64,000 nt of DNA, taken from an uncultured Candidatus Saccharibacteria bacterium. GTDB taxonomy: Bacteria > Patescibacteriota > Saccharimonadia > Saccharimonadales > Saccharimonadaceae. The position numbers and the translations under genes are program-made. Shown one piece after another: positions 27,184 through 35,723 of this stretch. Location: the NCBI GenBank assembly GCA_963539815.1, contig CAUTMO010000003.1, forward strand, positions 131-64,130. The letters run 5' to 3'. Position 1 is the stretch's first letter. Each line of letters begins with the position of its first letter. The notes beneath the pieces were generated by a model that saw only the letters and a list, made by a program, of their open reading frames with translations, had not been told where the DNA came from and made no database searches.

Positions 27184-28062
27184 TTATTTTTCGAGTAATT
27201 CTCTTATTCGTTCAAATTCAAGATTATCCTTAAACTTGATACTAATCTGACCGGCTCCACGACCGTTTGTACGGATCTTTACCCCTGTTCCAAATCGCTT
27301 TGAAAGACTTTCAATAGCATCTGCGTGAGGCATATCTGCTGGGCGGCGTTTGTTCTCGATTGGACTAGCCTTCGCCTGCTTCCATAACGTCACCACTTGT
27401 TCAATTCGTCGCGCTGACCACTCCTCGCGAATAGCTCGCTCCATAATATCTTCCGCGGCGTCATCAGGCAAACCGATTAGAGGCCTTGCTTGCCCTTCAT
27501 TTAATCGCCCCTCAAACAACGCCTGCTGCACAGACTTCGGCAATTTCAGTAGCCTCAACGTATTACTGACCGCACTTATAGATTTGCCGCCCAAACGCTT
27601 GCCAATTTCCTCCAGCGTCATATTGAATTGATCGCGCAATTTTTGATAAGCAGTCGCAGTTTCAAGCGCATTCAAATCATGTCGTTGCAAGTTTTCAATC
27701 AAAGAGACCTCCAGGCGATTTTGATCGCTCATACTCCTGACGATACACGGCACCTCTGTTAAATTCGCCCTATTCGCCGCACGCCAGCGTCGCTCGCCCG
27801 CCACTATCAGATATTTATCGCCTTTTGGCGTCACAACAATCGGCTGAACCACGCCGTGCTCGCGCACCGATTCCGTCAACTCATTCAAAGCATTCTCATC
27901 AAAAAAACGACGCGGCTGATCTGGATCTGGGACAACTTGATCAATAGCAATATCTCTCAAATGAGAAACTTTCACGTCCTGTTGCGCTGTCGGATCGAAC
28001 GTTTCATCGATCAAATTGGTTGGAATCAATGACCCAAAACCTCTACCTAAACCTTTTTTCAT
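27184..28062 (-). CDS. parB: Chromosome partitioning protein ParB/Spo0J
   Basis: YLIVAGERRWRAA and an HTH LTLEEIGKRLGKSISAVSNTLRLLKLP. Confidence 0.93.
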   Translation of the reverse strand: MKKGLGRGFGSLIPTNLIDETFDPTAQQDVKVSHLRDIAIDQVVPDPDQPRRFFDENALNELTESVREHGVVQPIVVTPKGDKYLIVAGERRWRAANRANLTEVPCIVRSMSDQNRLEVSLIENLQRHDLNALETATAYQKLRDQFNMTLEEIGKRLGGKSISAVSNTLRLLKLPKSVQQALFEGRLNEGQARPLIGLPDDAAEDIMERAIREEWSARRIEQVVTLWKQAKASPIENKRRPADMPHADAIESLSKRFGTGVKIRTNGRGAGQISIKFKDNLEFERIRELLEK

Positions 28063-28823
28063 CGTTCCACCCTCTCTATAATTTCTTTCGTTAGCGCCTT
28101 ATAAGCCCGAGAACCTTTTGAAAAACGATCATACGCACCAACTGGCGCGCCATGACTAGGGGCTTCAGCCAAGCGAATGTTTCTCGGAATGCTATTCTTG
28201 AAAATCTTATCTGGAAAATACTTTTTAACCTCAGCATGAACCTGCCCAGATAATGTAGTCCTGGAGTCCATCATCGTCAATAAAACGCCCAATAATTCCA
28301 GAGGCGGGTTAAGCCCCTTCTTTATCAATTTCATACTTTCCAAAAGCTGCCCCAATCCTTCCAATGCGTAAAATTCTGCCTGAACTGGAAGCAATACGTA
28401 ATTAGCGGCAATCATACCGTTGACCGTCAACAAACTCAAGCTCGGTGGACTGTCAATAATAATATAGTCGTAATCCGTCGCCTTCTGTAAAGCCTCTCGT
28501 AAGCGGACAAACCTTCCCTGCGCCTGCGCCAATTCCACTTCCGTATTCGCCAAATGAGGTGTAGCTGGAGCGATTGATAAGTTTTTATATTCCGTTGGCA
28601 ATATGATATTCGATAGGTCAATTTGTCGCATAATCACCTCTGATATTGTTGCGCCCAAATTTTGCTTATCTATTCCAAGTCCACTGGTGGCATTGCCTTG
28701 TGGGTCAAAATCCACCAACAATGTTTTCTTGCCAGCTTTTGCCAAAAAATATGCCACATTAATTGACGTCGTTGTTTTGCCGACGCCACCTTTTTGATTT
28801 GTCACCGCAATGATTTTTGTCAT
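28059..28823 (-). CDS. parA: Chromosome partitioning ATPase ParA/Soj
   Basis: Deviant Walker A NQKGGVGKTTT, with a 4-nt overlap with parB. Confidence 0.93.
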   Translation of the reverse strand: MTKIIAVTNQKGGVGKTTTSINVAYFLAKAGKKTLLVDFDPQGNATSGLGIDKQNLGATISEVIMRQIDLSNIILPTEYKNLSIAPATPHLANTEVELAQAQGRFVRLREALQKATDYDYIIIDSPPSLSLLTVNGMIAANYVLLPVQAEFYALEGLGQLLESMKLIKKGLNPPLELLGVLLTMMDSRTTLSGQVHAEVKKYFPDKIFKNSIPRNIRLAEAPSHGAPVGAYDRFSKGSRAYKALTKEIIERVER

Positions 28824-28882
28824 TCGTTCCCCTTTTTACCTGCCTTAATTATAGCATGAGCAGAACATAAATAACAGACATC

Positions 28883-28912
28883 AAAAAAACCGCTTCCTTT
28901 GCGAAAGCGGCT
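28883..28912 (-). terminator. rplU terminator
   Basis: The minus strand reads GAGCCGCTTTCGCAAAGGAAGCGG followed by TTTTTTT. Confidence 0.8.
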
Positions 28913-28919
28913 CTTCAGG

Positions 28920-29225
28920 TTATTTGATTGACGTAATTTCAATCTTCGTGTACTTCTGGCGATGACCAGTTTCTTTGTGTACACGCTTCTTGCTCTTGTA
29001 GCGGATAACGCGAAGCTTGTCGCCCTTAACTTCCGCTTCTACGACCTTAGCTTTAACGCTAGAGCCTTTTACAGTTGGCGTACCAACCTTGATTTTATCA
29101 CCATCAATCACTAAAAGTGCGTCGAGAGTGAGTTCTTTTGTGCCTTCAGGGAGGAGATCCACCAAGAGGGACTCTTTTTCGCTGACAAGATATTGTTTGC
29201 CAGAGATTTTTACGACTGCTTTCAT
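28920..29225 (-). CDS. rplU: 50S ribosomal protein L21
   Basis: MKAVVKISGKQYLVSE...VIRYKSKKRVHKETGHRQKYTKIEI. Confidence 0.93.
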   Translation of the reverse strand: MKAVVKISGKQYLVSEKESLLVDLLPEGTKELTLDALLVIDGDKIKVGTPTVKGSSVKAKVVEAEVKGDKLRVIRYKSKKRVHKETGHRQKYTKIEITSIK

Positions 29226-29305
29226 TTCTTTCCTTAATTATTATGAATTAACTCTAATAATTCTATCAAAAACTAGCAATAAAATCAAGTACACGTCAGT
29301 AGCAA

Positions 29306-29980
29306 TTACTTATAAAGTGATGCCTGACCAAAAGGTCCAGTATACAACCTACTATCTTCATGTTCAGACGACAGCAGGCTTTCTAAATACGCAATGACAT
29401 CTTCTGGATTTGACTGGGATTTACCTTCGGGCAGATATGGAATATAGCCATTAATCATAAAGCCGCCGCGCGCTCTTGCGACATCTCGAGATTCAGAAAC
29501 GATACCGTAATTATTCTCCCAGCCATCATCGTATTCCTCGTGAAATATGGAGCCTACAATTCGAGCCGTCCTGCCATTTCCATCCTGAAATGGATGAAGC
29601 AGCACAATACCAAGTGCAGCCACATCACCAAGCCGCTCCGGATTAACATTATCAGGAGATTCTTTTATCAATCTCATCAATTCGCTCATCACCTCGTAGC
29701 GATACTCAACAGGTATAGTTTCCTTGTCGCCTATTTTCATAACGCCATCTTCTAAAATCAATGAATCAGCAGACCCCTGAACTCCCCTATTAATATTATC
29801 GATAAGCCCAGCAAAATCATCAAGGCTAACATTCTTAAATTGATCCGCCCTCTCCTTTGGCGTAGAGCCATCAATACCAGCCTCAGCTACAAGGTTCTTA
29901 AGACCCTCCGCAGACAACACTTCGCCAAGATTCTTAATTTCGGCTCCGTTCATAGTTGTTTGTTTTGGATGTTTTTCCAT
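29306..29980 (-). CDS. Fic-family protein (AMPylase-type active site)
   Basis: HPFQDGNGRTARIV matches HxFx(D/E)GNGRxxR. I prefer the ATG at 29980 (MEKHPKQ), downstream of TTGACT-17-TATCGT. The tracked ORF starts at a GTG at 30001. Confidence 0.85.
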   Translation of the reverse strand: MEKHPKQTTMNGAEIKNLGEVLSAEGLKNLVAEAGIDGSTPKERADQFKNVSLDDFAGLIDNINRGVQGSADSLILEDGVMKIGDKETIPVEYRYEVMSELMRLIKESPDNVNPERLGDVAALGIVLLHPFQDGNGRTARIVGSIFHEEYDDGWENNYGIVSESRDVARARGGFMINGYIPYLPEGKSQSNPEDVIAYLESLLSSEHEDSRLYTGPFGQASLYK

Positions 29981-30021
29981 GTACGAACCATACGATAGCA
30001 CAAAAAATCGATATAGTCAAG

Positions 30022-30849
30022 TTAGCACGTAGCGTTTTTCGCCATAGCGTTATTCGCCTTCAGCCAACCGCTTGGTGAGCCGCATTCCATATATTCACCC
30101 TTAGCTTCACCAACAACAATCACGCCACCGCCATCGATGTACGCATTAATCGCGTCCGTTAGCTCAAACTCGCCCCTCTTAGGGTTCGCCGGCAAAGTTC
30201 GCGCCAACTCGAAAATCTCTTTGTTCAAGACGTAAAAACTTGAATTGCTGAGGTTACTTGGAGCTTCTTCCAATTTTGGCTTTTCAATTATTCGCACAAA
30301 ATTGCCCTGATCGTCAGTTTCAATAATCCCTGTTTGCGGAATAAATTCCTCTTCGACAGGATTTCCCAATAGCCCAGCCGACAATCCACGTGATTCCACC
30401 AACTCCGCCAAATCAGCTGCATTTGAGCCGCCGTCGCCGCGGCAAAAGAATTGATCACCCATAATCACAAAGGCCGACTCGCCCTGTTCAATAAATTCAC
30501 TCGCCAAACCAACTGGGATGCTTGTGCCGTAACCACCAGTTCCCGGCTGAGTTAAAAAATGTATTCGGACGTCGCGAAGTGGCGCCACCAGAGGAAGCTT
30601 ATCCTGTTTGCCCGCTCGACGTAAATAATCGTTCAATTGAATATTCGAACGATAATAGCTCTGCACCTGTGTGCTCTGTTCACCCACCACAAAGTAAATA
30701 TCCTTTACGCCCGCTCGTACAACATCTTGTACAATATAATCAATCACTGGACGAGTACCGACCGGCAACATACACTTTTCGATAGATTTGGTAATAGGTA
30801 GCATTCGCGTACCCCAACCAGCGACCGGAATAATGGCTTTAGTAATCAT
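30022..30849 (-). CDS. galU: UTP-glucose-1-phosphate uridylyltransferase-like sugar nucleotidyltransferase
   Basis: KAIIPVAGWGTRMLPITKSIEKCMLPV is the G-x-G-T-R NTP-transferase motif. Confidence 0.8.
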   Translation of the reverse strand: MITKAIIPVAGWGTRMLPITKSIEKCMLPVGTRPVIDYIVQDVVRAGVKDIYFVVGEQSTQVQSYYRSNIQLNDYLRRAGKQDKLPLVAPLRDVRIHFLTQPGTGGYGTSIPVGLASEFIEQGESAFVIMGDQFFCRGDGGSNAADLAELVESRGLSAGLLGNPVEEEFIPQTGIIETDDQGNFVRIIEKPKLEEAPSNLSNSSFYVLNKEIFELARTLPANPKRGEFELTDAINAYIDGGGVIVVGEAKGEYMECGSPSGWLKANNAMAKNATC

Positions 30850-30895
30850 AGCACCTCCTACATTTTCAGCTCTTTGTGAGAGTAATTATACATCA

Positions 30896-31084
30896 TTAAT
30901 CATCAAAGTTGCCATCCGCACGAGACCAAAATTTACGAATGTCTTCTATTTCGTCAACGTCTAGCCGAATTGCCTGCGGCTCCCGTTGTTCTTTAATAAT
31001 TTCTTCAGCAAGCCCATCCGCCAGCGGATCAATTGGCAAAAATCCTACTTTACTACCGAATAATTTGTTGAATAAATTTTGCAT
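30896..31084 (-). CDS. Small acidic hypothetical protein
   Basis: An ORF with a TTGACT-17-TAATAT promoter at about 31115..31143. I take the start as the internal ATG (MQNLFNKLFG), but there is no clear SD, so the call is weak. Confidence 0.35.
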   Translation of the reverse strand: MQNLFNKLFGSKVGFLPIDPLADGLAEEIIKEQREPQAIRLDVDEIEDIRKFWSRADGNFDD

Positions 31085-31145
31085 AACTTTTTTATTTTTA
31101 TCAATTAATAATGATATATTAGCATAAGTACGATTAAAAGTCAAT

Positions 31146-31178
31146 AGAATATCCTCCCCGCTAAGAGGAGGATATTCT
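31146..31178 (-). terminator. Strong 11-bp hairpin after ileS (probable terminator)
   Basis: GAATATCCTCC-9 nt-GGAGGATATTC. The T-run on the minus strand is imperfect (TATTGACTTTT). Confidence 0.55.
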
Positions 31179-31196
31179 CATTTCATTTACCGCCAT

Positions 31197-34106
31197 TTAC
31201 GCTTTTTTCAGGGAAATTTCTACCAATTTACCCTCGATTTTGACGTCATATTTTTCCGATTCATCGACTGCAGAATTTAATTCCACAGCAAGGGTTTCAG
31301 CTTTAATGACGTCAGCAAAAGCATCAATAGCTTGAGATATTTCAGAATCGTCACTGGAGATACTCAGTACAATTCGATCATCTATCTGCAGACCAGCCTG
31401 CTTGCGTGCGCTTTGGACGTGGCGAACGATTTCGCGCATCAAACCTTCACGCTTTAATTCAGGAGTGATTGTTAAGTCATAAACAACACTCGGTTGCGCC
31501 GACTCAGACTCTGACTCTGTAACAATTTCAACCGATTTCACGTTCAATTCATCTTTAGCGATATCAATCAAGAACTGCGCAACTTCCGCTGGCGTATCCT
31601 GAGAAATAGTGTTGACAAGTTTCACAGACGCCAACGGCTGACGCACTTTAATTCCCTCTGATGCGCGCTTCGACAAGCCGTCATTCACCGCAGTACGCAG
31701 TGCATTCATGTCGCGTAGCATTGAATTATCTATTTCACCAGCCGGCAACCAATCTTTAAGATGAATCGACTCGTTATCGCCCGTCAAATTATGGTACAAT
31801 TCTTCCGCTAAGAATGGCGTAAACGGCGCTAGCATATAGCTGAGTCGCACCAAAACGTAATGGAGCGTGCGGTAAGCGTCATTTTTATCACCGTCATCTT
31901 CAGATTTCCAGAAGCGGCGACGACTGCGTCGAACATACCAGTTACTTGCGTCGTCTAAGAACGGCAAGATCGGCTTGGTTGCGTCCTGTAGATTATAGTT
32001 GTTAAGACCTCGCTCGACCTCTGTTATCAATTGATGCAACCTCGACACAATCCAAATATCCAACGGATTTGTTAAATCGTGAAGCGGATCTGACAAATCG
32101 CCGTTAAACTCCCAGCCGTCAACTTCAGCATACATCGTGAAGAAGTCGTACATGTTCCAGATCATACCAAGCTTACGCGCTACATCCATCACATCCTTAT
32201 CCGCCAAGGCAAAGTTTTCGCCATTTGTTAGTGGACTTGAAAGCATCAAGAATCGGAAGCTGTCGGCCGAAGTCTTATTCATCAATTCCATCGGATCGGT
32301 ATAATTCTTTAGCTTCTTGCTCATTTTTTTACCGTCGGCGGCATTGATAAATCCAGTACAAATCAAATTCTTCCATGGAGATTTACCAAACAAAGCCACG
32401 TTTACCGCCGTTAAACTATAAAACCAGCCACGAGTTTGATCAATCGCTTCAATGATAAAGTCAGCCGGAAAACTTGCTTCAAATTTTTCCTTGTTCTCAA
32501 ATGGATAATGGAACTGAGCAAACGGCATCGAACCAGATTCAAACCAGCAGTCCAAAACCTTACCAATATGATGCATTTCTGCGCCGTCGCATTCAAACGT
32601 AACGTCCATAACTTGTGGTAAATGATAATCGTCCAGCTTGCGACCTGTAACTTCTTCAAATTCCGCAAAGCTACCAATCACCTTCACCACTTCCGTGCCA
32701 TCATTTTTCACACCCTTCCATACTGGAATTGGTGTTGCCCAATAACGATCGCGGCTCAAATTCCAATCTGGCGCCTGCTCGATGATGTTATGGAATCGTC
32801 CAGTCCTCAGATTATCTGGCGTCCAACTTGTCTGCTCGTTCGCTTCCAACATTTCCTTTTTCTGGCTCTGAATATCCATAAACCAACTCGGATGAGCGCG
32901 GTACATCAATTTCGTGCCACATCGATGACAATGCGGATATTCGTGGCGAATATATTCAATTTTCAGCGCCCGACCTTCTTCCAGTAAAGTCTTCGCTATT
33001 TCCTTATTCACCTCCCAGATGTTGCGATCCAGCCATCTACCTTCTGTGTAATTTCCATCACCGTCAACCAACGACAATACTGGAACGTCATTTTTTCGGC
33101 ACAATTCATAGTCGTCCTCACCGTAAGCTGGCGCGATATGAACAATTCCCGTACCGTCCTCAGTTGTCACAAAATCGGCGTGAAGAATCTTATGCGCAGC
33201 CGGCCCACGATTTTCAAATAGCGGCTCGAATCTTTTGCCCACCAATTCAGAACCTTTAATCGTCTTAACAATTGAATATTCCAACGGCTGATGTTTTTCA
33301 TCCGTCATAACTTTCTCAACACGATCACTTGCAACGTAAAACTTTTTACCGCCATACGCCACCAAAGAATAATCGACATCCTGATTTACCGCCAAGACCA
33401 TATTTGCTGGTAAAGTCCACGGTGTTGTCGTCCACGCAAGCAAATATTCATCCTCATCCTCCAGCTTAAAGTAGACGAATAAGCTCGGGTCAGTGTCCAT
33501 TTGATAGCTATTTTCCATAGCCACTTCACTCTTAGAAATTGGCGTCGCATCCTTTGTGCAATAGACCAAAATCTTTTCGCCTTCGTAGATTTTGCCTTCT
33601 TCGTAAAGCCTCTTGAACGCCCACCAAACAGATTCCATGTAATTGTTATCCATGGTTTTATAAGCGCCCTTAAATTCAACCCAACGACCAATTCGCTCAA
33701 TCGTATCTTCCCACTCGGTACCAGTTCGAACCATAGCCGCTCGACATTCCTTGACATAATCCGAAACGCTAATTTTCGTGCCAATCTCTTTTTTATTAGA
33801 AATGCCTAGCGTTTTTTCGACGTAAACCTCTGCTGGCAGTCCGTGGCAGTCCCAACCCCAACGGCGCTCAACTCGCTGACCTTTCATCGTGTGGAAGCGC
33901 CCCATCGTATCCTTCACCGTACTGACCAATAAATGTCCGTGGTGCGGCGTTCCCGTCAAAAACGGAGGACCGTCATAAAAAACCCAATAATTATCAGCAG
34001 GACGCTGCGCGATCGACTTATTAAATGTGTCATCCTCTTTCCATCGCTGCACCCAATCTTTCTCATATTCCGCAGCTCGACGACGTGTTCCATGTTTGAA
34101 TTTCAT
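31197..34106 (-). CDS. ileS: Isoleucyl-tRNA synthetase, eukaryote-like type 2
   Basis: PFLTGTPHHGHLLVSTVKD (HIGH region of the type 2 kind), KMSKKLKNYTDP (KMSKS), DWNLSRDRYWATPIPVW. The protein is 969 aa. Confidence 0.93.
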   Translation of the reverse strand: MKFKHGTRRRAAEYEKDWVQRWKEDDTFNKSIAQRPADNYWVFYDGPPFLTGTPHHGHLLVSTVKDTMGRFHTMKGQRVERRWGWDCHGLPAEVYVEKTLGISNKKEIGTKISVSDYVKECRAAMVRTGTEWEDTIERIGRWVEFKGAYKTMDNNYMESVWWAFKRLYEEGKIYEGEKILVYCTKDATPISKSEVAMENSYQMDTDPSLFVYFKLEDEDEYLLAWTTTPWTLPANMVLAVNQDVDYSLVAYGGKKFYVASDRVEKVMTDEKHQPLEYSIVKTIKGSELVGKRFEPLFENRGPAAHKILHADFVTTEDGTGIVHIAPAYGEDDYELCRKNDVPVLSLVDGDGNYTEGRWLDRNIWEVNKEIAKTLLEEGRALKIEYIRHEYPHCHRCGTKLMYRAHPSWFMDIQSQKKEMLEANEQTSWTPDNLRTGRFHNIIEQAPDWNLSRDRYWATPIPVWKGVKNDGTEVVKVIGSFAEFEEVTGRKLDDYHLPQVMDVTFECDGAEMHHIGKVLDCWFESGSMPFAQFHYPFENKEKFEASFPADFIIEAIDQTRGWFYSLTAVNVALFGKSPWKNLICTGFINAADGKKMSKKLKNYTDPMELMNKTSADSFRFLMLSSPLTNGENFALADKDVMDVARKLGMIWNMYDFFTMYAEVDGWEFNGDLSDPLHDLTNPLDIWIVSRLHQLITEVERGLNNYNLQDATKPILPFLDDASNWYVRRSRRRFWKSEDDGDKNDAYRTLHYVLVRLSYMLAPFTPFLAEELYHNLTGDNESIHLKDWLPAGEIDNSMLRDMNALRTAVNDGLSKRASEGIKVRQPLASVKLVNTISQDTPAEVAQFLIDIAKDELNVKSVEIVTESESESAQPSVVYDLTITPELKREGLMREIVRHVQSARKQAGLQIDDRIVLSISSDDSEISQAIDAFADVIKAETLAVELNSAVDESEKYDVKIEGKLVEISLKKA

Positions 34107-34132
34107 TACTTATCCCTTCCGCTTTGTATAAT

Positions 34133-34732
34133 TTACTTGTCTTCTAAGTCTTTTAATTTTTTACCATTAAATAACCAATAAGCTGCACCCTGGTACGCAC
34201 CACTGGCATTGCGCTTACCTTTTTTCTGGAAAATTTCACGGGTTAACGGCGACAATTTATAGACCTCGCCGTCATATTCAACCTCCCTCTCGCCAGCAAC
34301 AGTTGCACTAATGGATTTATCTTGCGCAAAGACAATCACGTCACCGTTTTTCAGCCCTTTTTGATAAAAACTAAATAGCGACCCCTGCTTTCGCAATCGC
34401 ACTACATCGTCAAATGCATGCTCCTTATTGATATTTTTTGGATAAACTACTTGACCGTCAAATGCCAGCAATAGCTGTTTAACGAGTTCACAATCTAGAG
34501 CAAACAGCTCACTATCATCGACTCGATGCTTACTAAAAATTTCATGTAGCAACGCCTCTTTATCATCATAATCGTTGAGTTCAATAGCAAAAAATTGCTT
34601 CAGCCCAGAAACATTATAATACCCATTCCGCTCAAGATGTCGCATTCTCTCGTTGTAGTTTTGTAATCCAGTTTTACCGATTTTAATCAGCCCAGAGACT
34701 GCGGTATTCATAATATAGACAATACCTTTCAT
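34133..34732 (-). CDS. GIY-YIG-like T5orf172/MUG113-domain protein (nuclease-like) with a DUF4357-like C-terminus
   Basis: KGIVYIMNTAVSGLIKIGKTGLQNYNERMRHLERNG...ALLHEIFSKHRVDDSELFALD fits the T5orf172/MUG113 pattern. SD AAAGGAG lies 5 nt upstream. Confidence 0.65.
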   Translation of the reverse strand: MKGIVYIMNTAVSGLIKIGKTGLQNYNERMRHLERNGYYNVSGLKQFFAIELNDYDDKEALLHEIFSKHRVDDSELFALDCELVKQLLLAFDGQVVYPKNINKEHAFDDVVRLRKQGSLFSFYQKGLKNGDVIVFAQDKSISATVAGEREVEYDGEVYKLSPLTREIFQKKGKRNASGAYQGAAYWLFNGKKLKDLEDK

Positions 34733-34749
34733 CGCACTCCTTTCATAAA

Positions 34750-34950
34750 TTAAAAATCACCTCTTTTGACTTCGAGAATCCGCTCAGGTGTTTTATGCGG
34801 ACGGTACCATCTCGATTCCAAAAGAAGTGATTCTTTCAGCTCTTTATTTGCTATTTACGCAAGCTCACGGCAGGTTCTAATCTCGACTTTATGCCGATTT
34901 CTTCCCGCAGACTTCACGGCTGATAACCGCTCATTTCACGCCAATTCAAC
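34750..34950 (-). promoter_or_regulatory. T-box riboswitch leader, probable Ile specificity
   Basis: Minus strand 34814..34773 reads CGAGA-[UGGUACC]-GUCCGC-13 nt loop-GCGGAU-UCUCG. That is the canonical two-helix antiterminator with a 7-nt bulge carrying the T-box core. A hairpin GCGG-[UUAUCAG]-CCGU at 34930..34916 displays AUC followed by A. ileS lies downstream. Confidence 0.72.
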
Positions 34951-35007
34951 ATACGCGAAAACGCCCTACTGTTATTGTAGCGCGTTTTCATCAAAATCCC
35001 AAGAACT

Positions 35008-35694
35008 TTATTTAATTTCCAGACCGCCTAAAATACACTCGCCCTTCAGATGTAGAGTCTTTTTGGCAGAATCTTTAGGTAGAGTTTTATCGTCAGTTCC
35101 GCCCAAAAATCCGCGCACTTCGTTCTCGATAATCACATCGTCTGGCAAAGTAATATTAACGCCACCGCAAAATGTAAAAATTTCAATTACAGAACCGTCT
35201 TTAATCTTTGCTTGACGCAAATCCAAATCAACACCACCAAATATCGCAACCAACGAACCGCCAGTATAATCACCTTTTACGGCGTCTTCTTCGCCCCAAA
35301 AACAAGCAATTTTCTCATTACCTGCGTTGTCTTTGTCCAGCTTTTTGGAGCGCTTAATACCCTTAGGGCTAGTATTAAACATCATGGACAAACCAGCAAC
35401 AATCAAAACCACAGGCCAGAACACCTTCCAGATACTAACGTCAACTATTCCGTAAGAATTGAGGCCAATCAGAACGCCAATCGCAACCAGCAATAATCCC
35501 CAAATCCACGACGTTTTATTTCGATAATTGAATATATTCACCAGCCCAGATAATACAAATCCCGCAGCCCAAACCGTACCCCAGAAAATGTCCCAGCTAA
35601 TGTTAATAACCTCGAGGTTCTTCAATAGTAAAACCCCGCCGAGCGCCACGACTACAATGCTCAAAAACGCTCTAATCAGAGAACTTTTCTTCAT
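35008..35694 (-). CDS. LiaF-like cell-envelope stress protein (TM region plus a DUF2154-like C-domain)
   Basis: Four or five N-terminal TM helices and a C-terminal beta-rich segment GGVDLDLRQAKIKDGSVIEIFTFCGGVNITLPDDV, typical of the LiaF/YvqF C-terminus. Confidence 0.5.
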   Translation of the reverse strand: MKKSSLIRAFLSIVVVALGGVLLLKNLEVINISWDIFWGTVWAAGFVLSGLVNIFNYRNKTSWIWGLLLVAIGVLIGLNSYGIVDVSIWKVFWPVVLIVAGLSMMFNTSPKGIKRSKKLDKDNAGNEKIACFWGEEDAVKGDYTGGSLVAIFGGVDLDLRQAKIKDGSVIEIFTFCGGVNITLPDDVIIENEVRGFLGGTDDKTLPKDSAKKTLHLKGECILGGLEIK

Positions 35695-35723
35695 ACATCT
35701 ATTCTATCACTTTTTTTATAAAC

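Noticed and set aside
34766-35215. A 149-aa + strand ORF spanning the ileS-upstream intergenic region.
   Set aside because: It covers the T-box leader on the opposite strand and then runs antisense into the LiaF-like gene. Its composition is Ser/Arg/Phe-rich and it has no RBS or promoter, so it is almost certainly a shadow ORF.
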